From Verrucomicrobiota bacterium (GTDB taxonomy: Bacteria; Verrucomicrobiota; Verrucomicrobiia; Verrucomicrobiales; DEV007), in contig JASFYY010000068.1 of NCBI GenBank assembly GCA_045046875.1, positions 1 to 30,698 on the forward strand: 30,698 nt of DNA. Reading direction: 5' to 3'. How positions within the stretch are numbered: the stretch's first letter is position 1; the number at the start of each line of letters is the position of its first letter. A program made the translations under genes and the position numbers. Of this stretch, positions 1-8,934 are shown piece after piece. Below the pieces are notes generated by a model. The model made no database searches, had not been told where the DNA came from, and saw only the letters and a list, made by a program, of their open reading frames with translations.

Positions 1-2
1 GG

Positions 3-1460
3 GTGAAGGATTATGAGGCTTTTATTAAGAAGGAGAGGGATCGAAATTGGCCCAAGCCTGATTTTCGTCAGAATGATGATCATCCTGCGGTGTATGTGAG
101 TTTGGAGGATGCGGAGGCATTTTGTATTTGGTTGACAGAGAAAGAGCAAAAAGAAGGAAGGCTGGGCAAAGAGCAGCTCTATCGCTTGCCCTCAGACCAT
201 GAGTGGAGTTGCGCGGTGGGGGTCGCAACATTGGAAGATGCCGAAATGAGCCCATCGCTAAAAAAATATAGAAATATGGAGGTGTATCCTTGGGGCAATG
301 ATTTTCCTCCTCCTGCTAAATCTGGAAATTTTTATGGTGAAGAATGTGAAAAGAACCCCTTTCAAACCGGTCGGGTTCCGATTGAGGGATACAACGATGA
401 TTTTGATCGAACCGCTCCTGTGGGGAGTTTCAAGGAGAATGAATTTGGGTTATATGATCTAGAGGGTAATGTATATGAGTGGTGTCAAAGTTGGTATGAT
501 CCTACTAAAAAGGCAAATCAAGTTTGGCGTGGGGGAGCTTGGTTACTCTCTAAATCCTCACATCTGATGTCGGCGTCTCGTGCTGGAGGTAAGAAAGAGT
601 TCCAGTCGCCAGCTTTGGGTTTTAGGATTGTGTTGGACGCTGGAAGTGGAGGGGGGCAAGCGACGGTGGAAGCAAGTTCGGTGAAGCCCGTTTTTAAAAC
701 CAGTGAAGCCACCAAGGAGACGCCTTTTCAAAATAAATTAGGCATGCGTTTTGTACCCGTGCCGATCATTGGTGGGGCGAGTGACGGGCAGAGAGTGCTG
801 TTCAGTATTTGGGAAACACGAATGAAGGACTACGAAGCTTTTATTGAAGAGAGCAGTGATATTCATTGGCCCAAGTTGCCATATGCAGTGACAAAGGAAG
901 ATCCTGCTGGATATACGAGTTGGGATAACGCGATGTCATTTTCTGCATGGCTGACTGAGCGAGGGAGAAAAAATGGTGAGCTCAGCGAAAAGCAGGAATA
1001 CCGTTTGCCGACAGATCATGAATGGAGTTGTGCCGTAGGATTGGGCGGAATGGAAGATGCTGAAGCTAGCCCGGTCAGTAAAAATAAGAATATTCCCAAT
1101 GAGTTTCCATGGGGTAAAGGTTATCCGCCTCCCAAGGGGGCGGGCAATTTTAGTGGGGAAGAAGGCGCGGGTGTTCTTCCCAGGCAGCCGATTACGGGTT
1201 ATGATGACGGGTTTATTTATACTTCCCCTGCGGGAACTTATACGGTAAATAAGTATGGTTTGTATGATTTGGGAGGGAATGTTTGGGAGTGGGTGCAGGA
1301 TTGGTTTAATCCTAAGCAGAAACAAAAACGTGTTTTTCGTGGGGCTGCGTATATTTGGGAAACGGAACCGGCGCTTTTATCATCTAATAGAGGATTGAGC
1401 GAGCCGGGAAAACAAATCCAGATGGTAGGTTTCCGAGTGGTGATTGCGCCTGTTGAATAG
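3..1460 (+). CDS. FGE-sulfatase (SUMF1/EgtB/PvdO-like) domain protein with at least two tandem domains; 5'-partial
   Basis: Two copies of the motif series YRLP(S/T)DHEWSCAVG / (Y/F)PWG / N(E/K)(F/Y)GLYDLxGNVxEW / RG(G/A)A(W/Y) / GFRxV. The ORF is open at the window start. Confidence 0.9.
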   Translation: MKDYEAFIKKERDRNWPKPDFRQNDDHPAVYVSLEDAEAFCIWLTEKEQKEGRLGKEQLYRLPSDHEWSCAVGVATLEDAEMSPSLKKYRNMEVYPWGNDFPPPAKSGNFYGEECEKNPFQTGRVPIEGYNDDFDRTAPVGSFKENEFGLYDLEGNVYEWCQSWYDPTKKANQVWRGGAWLLSKSSHLMSASRAGGKKEFQSPALGFRIVLDAGSGGGQATVEASSVKPVFKTSEATKETPFQNKLGMRFVPVPIIGGASDGQRVLFSIWETRMKDYEAFIEESSDIHWPKLPYAVTKEDPAGYTSWDNAMSFSAWLTERGRKNGELSEKQEYRLPTDHEWSCAVGLGGMEDAEASPVSKNKNIPNEFPWGKGYPPPKGAGNFSGEEGAGVLPRQPITGYDDGFIYTSPAGTYTVNKYGLYDLGGNVWEWVQDWFNPKQKQKRVFRGAAYIWETEPALLSSNRGLSEPGKQIQMVGFRVVIAPVE

Positions 1461-1698
1461 AACGTGGCTGGTGGAGATGAGTGGGCAGAGAAGCGATACA
1501 GAGAAACACCGCCGACGGTAAGGAGACAGCCGGAGGAAACTAGCTGAAGGCAAATTGCCAATCCATGCCACGAGCCCGCAGCATTTCTGAGTGACCGGTG
1601 TTGTGAGCGCAGAGGGTGAGATGTTTATTGCCACAACCGAAGCGTAGCGTAGATAGACGGAGTCAAAGGGCACAGAGCTAAGATGATCAACATCATTC

Positions 1699-1875
1699 CG
1701 CCCTTTTAGGGCTGGTAATAATACCGATTTAACCCCAGCGCTTCGCACTGGGCTATCACATTTTGTCCTTTCAGGACAGTTTGCTTTCATCTCTTTTGCA
1801 CCAACGGCGCTCAATGATATAGCCCAGTGCGAAGCGCTGGGTAAAAAACCCAATTCTCCCAGCCCTGCAAGGGCG
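1699..1875. repeat. Nested palindromic REP/MITE-like element between convergent genes
   Basis: Perfect 23-bp inverted repeat cccagcgcttcgcactgggctat (1734-1756) / atagcccagtgcgaagcgctggg (1819-1841). Outer arms cgcccttttagggctgg (1699-1715) / ccagccctgcaagggcg (1859-1875) match at 15/17. Each arm is itself a small hairpin. Confidence 0.8.
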
Positions 1876-1942
1876 AAACGCATAGAGGTCAGCAGCTTAA
1901 CTATTTTGTCTTACATCCGCTAAGATGAGCTTGGTGTTTTCA

Positions 1943-4900
1943 TCATTGCACTTTGAGTTGGAAACTTTGTGAGTGGCTGTTGAACTCGGGGGCATACATG
2001 CACTGGATGTTGGCCATGCCGCTTTGGTAGCTGCCTTTGTGGAAAATGCGCAGGCTGTATTCGAAGACGTAGGTGCCTTTGGGCAGGTAGTCGATGAAAA
2101 AATGACTGGCGGTGTCGCGGGTGCTTTCGTAGTAGCCGAGGCCGTCCTGGTATTTGTAACGTGACAGCACGTTGACCGGCTCGGTGCCGCTGCCGCGTTG
2201 GTCTTTGAGGTGCAGGTATTCCATGTCACGATCGCTACGCAGTTCCAAGCGGACGAGCAGTTCGTCGCCGACTTGTAACGGGGTGTCCGCTTTGATGGCT
2301 TTGAGCACCGGGCCTTTGTCGCTGTTCTGTTTGAGCCACAGGGTCTTTTTGAGAGTGAGCGGGGTGCCTTCATGCGGGGTGATTTTTTCGATGGTTTCGA
2401 GATACTGCCAGTGCAAGCTGCCCCAGGCTACGCCGTCGTCTTTTTTGCTGATTTTGACTTTGCCTTGCTCTGCTTGGATTTCACCTTTGCCAAAACGTTG
2501 TTGGTAGAAACCGGTGCCAGCTTCGACTTTTTCCGCTACCAGGGTTTTTCCGGCGAGGGAGACTTCGACCAATTCGTCGGAGGCCAGCAGGTTGGTTCCG
2601 CGCAGCAGCAGCGCGTAGATGGCGTCGGCGGTGGCTTTGGTGGTTTTCCAGTCCTGGGTTTGTTTTTGTTTTAATAACCAGACTTTGAGATCCTCAACCG
2701 CGGCTTTGTCTTTGGCGACTTCGTCGAAGGCTTCGATCATCATCGCCTGGGTTTCGATCGGGGCGCGGTACCACCAGTAGTTGAATTCGGTGTCGCGCCA
2801 GAACATGCCGAGCTCCTCGTCATTGATCGCACGTTCCTTCAGCGAAACCATGATGTCTTTTGAGGTTTGTGGAAAAACGTCAAAGCGTTGCAGGGCGATG
2901 GCGAGGTGAGCCTGGTTTTGCCGGTTGTTGAGCTTGGGCCAGTATTTTTTTGCCTGACCATGAAAGTAAGTCAAAGCTTTTTGATGTTGGGGGTCGATTT
3001 TTTGATCGTTGAGAAAAAAGCTGCGACCGTAGAGATAAAAACAGATGTTTGGGCTGAGGTGATTTTCATCCGAATGACCCTTGGCGAGTATTTGCCGGTA
3101 ACTTTTGTCGATCCAGGCATCGAGAGCTTTGAGCGATTTGATCGCGGGGGTGACGTCGATATCTTTCACTCCGAGATGGCGCAGGCGACCGAAGCCGGTG
3201 CTGATGTAGAGGGAGATGAACTCATTGCCGCGTCCGCCGGGGAACCAGGGCCACAGGCCGTTGTTTTCTTGTTGCTGGGCGAGTTTGCGTAGGGCTCGTT
3301 TCAGCTCGGAGCGAGTGCGGTTTTTATCGAATAGGATGCCGACGTTTTTGCGCGCTTCGCTTTCTTTGTTGGACTGGCGCAGCCACGGGGTTTCTTCGAG
3401 CATGACTTGTTTGAGATCCTGGTTTTTCTCCAAGGGGGAATCCAGGGCGTCCGTTCCCTGCCATTGTTTGAAAATGCGCTCGATCTTGGCATCGGAGGTG
3501 ACCAGGTGTTGGGCGAGGGTATTGGCGTAATAACGATTAAAAATCTGTTCGGAGCACTCATGGGGAAATTCCATCAGGTAAGGCAGAGCCATGACCGCAT
3601 ACCAAGAGGGATTGGAGACCATTTGCACGGTCAGGCTCTGGTGTTGCAGGGAGTCGGAGTCGGCGGACTTGAGTAGCTTTTCAAACTCGAAGGTTTTTTC
3701 TCCTTTGCCGCGAATCGGCAGCGGTAGCGATTCGGTGACCAGAATGCGGCGAGACAGCACGGGCAGGAAACCTTCTTCGCCGTCGGAGAGTTTTCCGGTG
3801 GAGGCGACCGCTTTGTAGATGAGGAAACCCTGGCCGTCCGGCACGTGTAATTTCCACGAGTAGCTGCGCGACTCTTTGGCGGGGATTTCGAAATCCAGCT
3901 CCGGTTGTTGGTTGCCGAGTTGTTTGTCGGCTGGGTCCAAGGTGCGTGCATCGGACAGGCTGAGTCGGACTTTGCCTTTCATGATCTGCTCGGATTGGTT
4001 GCTGAGTTTGACACTGAACTCCAGAGTATCGCCCTCACGCAGGAAGCGCGGCGGATTGGGTTGCAGCATCAGGTCTTTGGCGGTGATCACCGAGTCGGTG
4101 AGAAAGCCACTGCGCAGTTCCTGGTCGTGGGCAAAAGCGAAAAACTTCCATGAGGTGAGCGCTTCCGGCATGGTGAAGTCGAGTTTGACCGAGCCGTCTT
4201 TTAATGAGGTGAGGTGGGTCAGGAAAAAGGCGGTTTCGGAGAGGTTGGTGCGCGCGGAGACTTGGTCTAGATTGACGGAAGAGGCCGGGGCAGTGTCGGC
4301 GGCAAATCCGCCACCACCACTATCATCAGCAAAAGGATCTGCGGCACTTTCTTCTGCTAACATAGGGGCAGCGGCGACAACATTAATACCTTCATCAAAA
4401 CCACCTCCGTCAGTCCTCCTACTCATCATTGCGCGACTCTTTCTTAGCTTTCGAGGAGAGCGATTTATGCGGGTTATTTCATTGGGAAAGTGTCGGTATC
4501 GAAGTGTGCCGTTGAGTAAACCTAAGCGCCAGTTACCGCGGATGTGATTCATTGAATTGAGGCGGTTTTGAAACTGGAAGTTGAAGTTATATTGATCCTG
4601 ATAGAAAACACTCATGTTTTGCGTCCAATGATGCGGTAAATAAGCGTCGAGGGATTGATCATAAAGGGTGGCGACCATTTCGCTTAACTCGCCAGCTTTC
4701 TTTTGCGCATCCGGGCCGCTGATGATGACGGACCATTTTTCCTGTGATCCGGGCTCCAGCTTGGATCGATGGCGTTGCCATTTGATGGTGAGATTTTTGT
4801 TTGACCAAGGCACGGAGATTTTGCGGCGCTGGGTGTAGGCGCGGTTGTCTTTCACCATGGTGACAAAACAATGAAATCCACCGCGGTGTTCCTCGCCGAT

Positions 4901-7900
4901 TTTTTGTTTGATCAGGCTCTGACTTTGTCCAGCAGTGGTCCAGTAGCGTTGAATCGCTTTGCCCCGATGAAATATTTCTACCAAGGCCTGCGCTTGATCG
5001 TAACCGCTACCCCACAGTCCGGTGAAGGTGTCGCCAGGTTGTAAACTCCATTTTGGCGAGGCTATTTGGAAGGGGATTTTGATCGAGAGTTTTTTCGCTT
5101 GAGCATCAAAGACCCGGATAGGGAATTGGGCTTGGATTTTTTTACCAAAGCTGTCGGTGCTTTCGAGAATAGCGCGGTAGATGCCGCCTTGCAGCTTAAG
5201 GCTGACCGTGCCCTTGCCTTCCTTGTCAGTTACAAAAGGGATTTCCGCGAACAACTTGCCATTCTTCCACGAGTCAGGATTGGCGGGATCGGGCTGAGGA
5301 GGACCCGCTTGTTGCCAGCGGTAGGAATTCGAAGTGAGTCGGGCGCGCTGGACTTTGTCGGGTTGTTCCAGCGGGTAAATTTTGATCAGACCTTTGGCAG
5401 CAAGTGGGGCATCGTCGAGGGAACTGGTATTCACTGAGATCTCGACCGCTTTGTCTGTCACCTGCCATTGCTCGGCAAAGAGCGAGGCTTTGAGGGTGGT
5501 GAATCCAAGTTTGACGCTGCGCTGGTCAGAGCGGGTTTCTCCTGCATTATCCGTGACATCGGCATAAATCGTGAATTGAAAAGTGGCTTCGTCTTCTTCG
5601 CTCACTCCAGGCGCGGGTTTGGCAGTGAAAGGGATGTCAAAGCTGCCGTCCTTGTTGCTGGTGGTGATGCCGTGAGCGATCTCTTGATTTCCGCTTTGCG
5701 GCTGGCGCCACCAGAAACACCATCCCCACCAGCTAGGGTAGTGAACCTGACGCACCACGCGATAGCTTACCCTTGCGCCGTCGATGGCAGCGCCGGTGTA
5801 AGCGCTTGCCGTGCCACTAACTGTGACTTTTTCTCCGAGCTTGGCAGGCTTCGTTGGACTGGCGAGATCGACTTTGAACTTGGGACGTTTGTATTCTTCC
5901 ACGGTGACAGCGGTGGATCCCGCAGGGTTTTTAGTGAGCAGAGTCATGCGTCCCATCAGGCGGTCTCGGGGAGCGGTGAAGCTGCCAGAGAAAGATCCAA
6001 AGGCATTGCTGGTATGGGTTTGCTTGGCGATTTCCTTGCCGTTGACATCTTGAAAAATCACCGTGACTTTTTGTTGTTTGAGCGTGTGATAGTCGTTTTT
6101 CTTTTGGTCATAGAAAACACTGAGCCCTTTGTATTGAATAGTCTGGCCGGGGCGATAGAGGGCGCGGTCGGCGAAAAAGTAGGTTCGCTCTTGCGGGCGT
6201 TCTTTGTAGCTTTGACCAGAGCGTATTTGTCGCATGGTGGAGATCGCCTGTCCCTGGTGTTCGGCGAGCAATTGATAGGATGTATGGGTTTTCCCCTTGA
6301 AGTGGAAAAGTCCGTTGTGATCGGTTTTCACCGATCCTGTCCAAAAAGTTTTTTTACGCCCTTTTTTTGTCCATGCAGTGATTTTGACACCTTTCACGGG
6401 TTCTCCGGTAATCGCATCGAGCACAAAACCTTCAATTTGATCGGACGAGTAGGAGCTTCTCATGATGAGCGCTAGGCGGCTCACCCAGAATCCGCTGATG
6501 CGGACTTGGTTTTGTTTTTCATCCCGGAAATCTTTTTTGTTACTGGAGAGAATGAAATAAAATCCTGCTTCCAAATCATCAGGCACGGTGACCGCTTCGG
6601 TGCGTATTTGGTAGTCAGCCGTGATCGGCAAATCTACGCTCCATTCACGTTGTGCTTTTTTTCCCAGCAACAGATCAATTTTTTTGCGATCATTGAGAGT
6701 GTCGGGATTCCAGAAGTTCTTCTTCCGCATCTCGTCCCAGGAATAACGGTAGACGCGGAAGTGCACTTTGGTCAGGTTGCGGTAGTTCACCGAGACCTCT
6801 GGACCGGCCTGGTTCCACACTCGCTCTGCCGAAATTTCCAGAGAGGGGTGTTCGATCCGGGTGACGATATTCGCACAGCGGTTGCTGCCAGGGGAGCCGG
6901 GAAAAGCAGCGGCTCCTGCGAGGGCGACTTTGCGGGCTTCCACCAGTTGGTCTTCGCTTTGCAGCAGAGCAGCCAGATCAGCTTGAGCTCTGGCAGAAAT
7001 TTGATGTTGTTGGTTTTTGGTGATGAAATGCTTCAAGGCGGCTTGGTAGCGTTCGTTTTTGTTTTCTCCGAAGGCTTTGGAGAAGGCAAATTCCAGTCGT
7101 CCTAGATCGGCGTCGATGGTCGCATCGGGGTTGTTGTCATTTTGGTGAAAGGTGAGTAGCTGTTGGTAGAGGCTCAGGGCTTTGAGGGTGAGGGAACCTT
7201 CATCGGTGTTGGGGAGCTTCCAGGCGAGGAACTGCTCTGGTGAATTGAAGGCGGCGGAGTCGGTCGAAAGAACAAAGGCGTCCTGTGCTTGTGAGCCCGC
7301 CTGCTCACCGGAACTGTAAAAGCGTAGCGCTTCGAAGGCGATGAAGTCGTAGAGGGTGGGGCGATAGGAGTCAGGCAGGTTACCTTTTTCCAGCAGGTCG
7401 TCCCAGTCAGCGATGGGGATTTTTTTGAGGACTTGTTCGGTCTTCAGCGCGGCGGTGAAATGTTGGTCGATCTCTGCCAGGATGCGAGCTAGATCCCAGG
7501 TCTGGATGTCATTGCCCGGGGAGGAGTCCGTTCGGGTTCGTTGCAGGAAGCGCCAGCGGTTTTGCTGAAAATAACTCCAATACCACTGGGCGAGAACCGT
7601 TTCCAAAATAGGATGAGCGTCTTGCGGCCATTGTTTGATCACTTCTTCCAGTCGTTGGATTTGCTCTTCTGCGCGGTTCCCCTGGATTTGTCCTTCGAAG
7701 GTGATTTTTTTTGCCAGCGCTTTGACCGCTTCGGGGAACTGTTGTTGGTCCCGGGCGGAGCTGATGATTTTGTCGAGCAACTCGATGGCGGTTTTGGGGC
7801 GCTGTTTGGATTCAGCTTCTTTCACTTGTTGCCAGAGTTCGCTACGGGCGGCGGGGACGGGATTGGCGGGTTTGCTGTCAGGGGCAGCGAGCAGAGCCAT

Positions 7901-7954
7901 CGTTGTAACAGCGAGAGCAATAAAAACGGCAAGTAGGCGGAAGAGGGGCTTCAT
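1943..7954 (-). CDS. Bacterial alpha-2-macroglobulin family protein (MG2/A2M domains, thioester CxEQ motif), exported
   Basis: MG2 motif FADRALYRPGQTI, VEEYKRPKF, RTNLSETAFF...FTMPEALTSW, PPRFLREGD, thioester PHECSEQ (CSEQ at 3545-3556), C-terminal YLPKGTYVFEY...MYAPEF. Start set at ATG 7954 (MKPLFRLLAVFIALAV, signal-peptide-like) rather than 8071. Confidence 0.93.
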   Translation of the reverse strand: MKPLFRLLAVFIALAVTTMALLAAPDSKPANPVPAARSELWQQVKEAESKQRPKTAIELLDKIISSARDQQQFPEAVKALAKKITFEGQIQGNRAEEQIQRLEEVIKQWPQDAHPILETVLAQWYWSYFQQNRWRFLQRTRTDSSPGNDIQTWDLARILAEIDQHFTAALKTEQVLKKIPIADWDDLLEKGNLPDSYRPTLYDFIAFEALRFYSSGEQAGSQAQDAFVLSTDSAAFNSPEQFLAWKLPNTDEGSLTLKALSLYQQLLTFHQNDNNPDATIDADLGRLEFAFSKAFGENKNERYQAALKHFITKNQQHQISARAQADLAALLQSEDQLVEARKVALAGAAAFPGSPGSNRCANIVTRIEHPSLEISAERVWNQAGPEVSVNYRNLTKVHFRVYRYSWDEMRKKNFWNPDTLNDRKKIDLLLGKKAQREWSVDLPITADYQIRTEAVTVPDDLEAGFYFILSSNKKDFRDEKQNQVRISGFWVSRLALIMRSSYSSDQIEGFVLDAITGEPVKGVKITAWTKKGRKKTFWTGSVKTDHNGLFHFKGKTHTSYQLLAEHQGQAISTMRQIRSGQSYKERPQERTYFFADRALYRPGQTIQYKGLSVFYDQKKNDYHTLKQQKVTVIFQDVNGKEIAKQTHTSNAFGSFSGSFTAPRDRLMGRMTLLTKNPAGSTAVTVEEYKRPKFKVDLASPTKPAKLGEKVTVSGTASAYTGAAIDGARVSYRVVRQVHYPSWWGWCFWWRQPQSGNQEIAHGITTSNKDGSFDIPFTAKPAPGVSEEDEATFQFTIYADVTDNAGETRSDQRSVKLGFTTLKASLFAEQWQVTDKAVEISVNTSSLDDAPLAAKGLIKIYPLEQPDKVQRARLTSNSYRWQQAGPPQPDPANPDSWKNGKLFAEIPFVTDKEGKGTVSLKLQGGIYRAILESTDSFGKKIQAQFPIRVFDAQAKKLSIKIPFQIASPKWSLQPGDTFTGLWGSGYDQAQALVEIFHRGKAIQRYWTTAGQSQSLIKQKIGEEHRGGFHCFVTMVKDNRAYTQRRKISVPWSNKNLTIKWQRHRSKLEPGSQEKWSVIISGPDAQKKAGELSEMVATLYDQSLDAYLPHHWTQNMSVFYQDQYNFNFQFQNRLNSMNHIRGNWRLGLLNGTLRYRHFPNEITRINRSPRKLRKSRAMMSRRTDGGGFDEGINVVAAAPMLAEESAADPFADDSGGGGFAADTAPASSVNLDQVSARTNLSETAFFLTHLTSLKDGSVKLDFTMPEALTSWKFFAFAHDQELRSGFLTDSVITAKDLMLQPNPPRFLREGDTLEFSVKLSNQSEQIMKGKVRLSLSDARTLDPADKQLGNQQPELDFEIPAKESRSYSWKLHVPDGQGFLIYKAVASTGKLSDGEEGFLPVLSRRILVTESLPLPIRGKGEKTFEFEKLLKSADSDSLQHQSLTVQMVSNPSWYAVMALPYLMEFPHECSEQIFNRYYANTLAQHLVTSDAKIERIFKQWQGTDALDSPLEKNQDLKQVMLEETPWLRQSNKESEARKNVGILFDKNRTRSELKRALRKLAQQQENNGLWPWFPGGRGNEFISLYISTGFGRLRHLGVKDIDVTPAIKSLKALDAWIDKSYRQILAKGHSDENHLSPNICFYLYGRSFFLNDQKIDPQHQKALTYFHGQAKKYWPKLNNRQNQAHLAIALQRFDVFPQTSKDIMVSLKERAINDEELGMFWRDTEFNYWWYRAPIETQAMMIEAFDEVAKDKAAVEDLKVWLLKQKQTQDWKTTKATADAIYALLLRGTNLLASDELVEVSLAGKTLVAEKVEAGTGFYQQRFGKGEIQAEQGKVKISKKDDGVAWGSLHWQYLETIEKITPHEGTPLTLKKTLWLKQNSDKGPVLKAIKADTPLQVGDELLVRLELRSDRDMEYLHLKDQRGSGTEPVNVLSRYKYQDGLGYYESTRDTASHFFIDYLPKGTYVFEYSLRIFHKGSYQSGMANIQCMYAPEFNSHSQSFQLKVQ

Positions 7955-8098
7955 AGCGGGATGGAGATGGATGTTGGAGAGAAGTTGATTGGACTTGTTA
8001 AAGAGTAGACCCATGACAGAAGGGTTTCTTAGAAAAAATGTAAACTTTTTTCGATTCAACAGGGTTAACAAGGCGGGGGAAGCATGGCGCGGATAGGA

Positions 8099-8206
8099 GT
8101 AGCGCGGGTGTCCCCACCCGTCGGAATGGGGGATGCGGGTTGGAAGCCCGCGCTACGGTGAGGTGTGATGAGAAAGCGATCACGTAGCGTGGGTGTCCCC
8201 ACCCGC
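8099..8206. repeat. Cluster of three GTAG-type REP-like units
   Basis: GTAGCGCGGGTGTCCCCACCCG (8099-8120), inverted unit gcgggttggaagcccgcgctac (8135-8156) and GTAGCGTGGGTGTCCCCACCCGC (8184-8206). Related units recur at 21579-21656. Confidence 0.75.
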
Positions 8207-8247
8207 TGAGTTGCGTGGGCGGGAGTAATGAAGTGGAGGAGGAAGTT

Positions 8248-8295
8248 AAAAGTACGCCTGTAGGGACTCGAAGCCAAACCTCCTGATCTGTAATC
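8248..8295 (-). repeat. Degenerate duplicate of the tRNA-Arg 3' half (putative att site, distal island boundary)
   Basis: aaaagtacgcctgtagggactcgaagccaaacctcctgatctgtaatc aligns to 15819-15867 in the same orientation, with 3 substitutions and 1 deletion (45/49 by eye). Confidence 0.9.
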
Positions 8296-8383
8296 CGTCG
8301 GAGGATGTTAAGCGTAAATGAGTTGTGATCCGCTCAATCTTTATTCCGGACCTTGCCGCGTCCTGCCTCGTTATTACACGTTT

Positions 8384-8635
8384 TTAGCGGGTAGGTATCG
8401 TGTAGGATTGCCGCGCCTGATTCACGATCAGTGGGAGCCAACTGAGAATCCGCTTTTCCCGCTCGCTGAGTTGAGCATTTCGCCGTTTCATCGTGAGGCT
8501 TTTCCGGGCAATGATTCGGTAGTGCTCAGGTGAGCGCCGCTTGCTCTCTCCGGTGCCCGACTTTCCACCCTTGGCTCCAATAGTGGCGAAGTAAAGACGA
8601 ACGGCGGAATCTGGTTTTGTGGTGGAGGTGGGCAT
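8384..8635 (-). CDS. Small basic protein with a KGG-like motif, of the type seen in phages/integrative elements
   Basis: YFATIGAKGGKSGTGESKRRSPEHYRIIARKS resembles the GxKGG...R..IARK basic repeats of small MGE/stress proteins. ATG start; lies just inside the att copy. Confidence 0.5.
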   Translation of the reverse strand: MPTSTTKPDSAVRLYFATIGAKGGKSGTGESKRRSPEHYRIIARKSLTMKRRNAQLSEREKRILSWLPLIVNQARQSYTIPTR

Positions 8636-8934
8636 AGGGCAAGCGGGTTGGCTTACCTAATGCGCTGGCGTCAAACCTCCGCCGTTGAGTGCTGGTCATC
8701 CAGTTCCACCATGCTCCGCATCACCTCAATGCATTCAAGCTCCCCACAATCGTCTGTGTGTCCTCAGGATGGATTGGGCGGAGTCCATTGGCCGTGCGTA
8801 ATGGATAAGGTCGCCATTGTCTGTCCGGGAGGACGTGAGCGTTTGGATTGAGGCATTGAGCGCCATGGTGGGAGTATAGCTCTAGCACGCAAATTTTTAC
8901 ATATAAAAACCTCACTGTGGGTGTAGTCTCTATC

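Noticed and set aside
3..1700. Diversity-generating retroelement targeting the FGE domains
   Set aside because: No reverse transcriptase and no near-identical template repeat with adenine-specific differences are visible in the window.
1380..1883. 167-aa minus-strand ORF
   Set aside because: It runs through the palindromic repeat and the FGE gene end, has no protein-like motifs, and is probably spurious.
5468..6475. 335-aa plus-strand ORF and other ORFs overlapping the A2M gene
   Set aside because: They are antisense or alternate-frame shadows of a well-supported gene and carry no recognisable motifs.
7955..8071. Extended N-terminus of A2M from 8071 (likewise the longest starts given for 20266, 23504, 27305 and 28383)
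   Set aside because: Downstream ATGs give proper signal or anchor N-termini and avoid overlaps with neighbouring genes or intergenic DNA.
8248..8295. Second functional tRNA gene
   Set aside because: Only the 3' half is present. There is no D-arm or 5' acceptor strand, the T-stem is damaged and the anticodon is altered.
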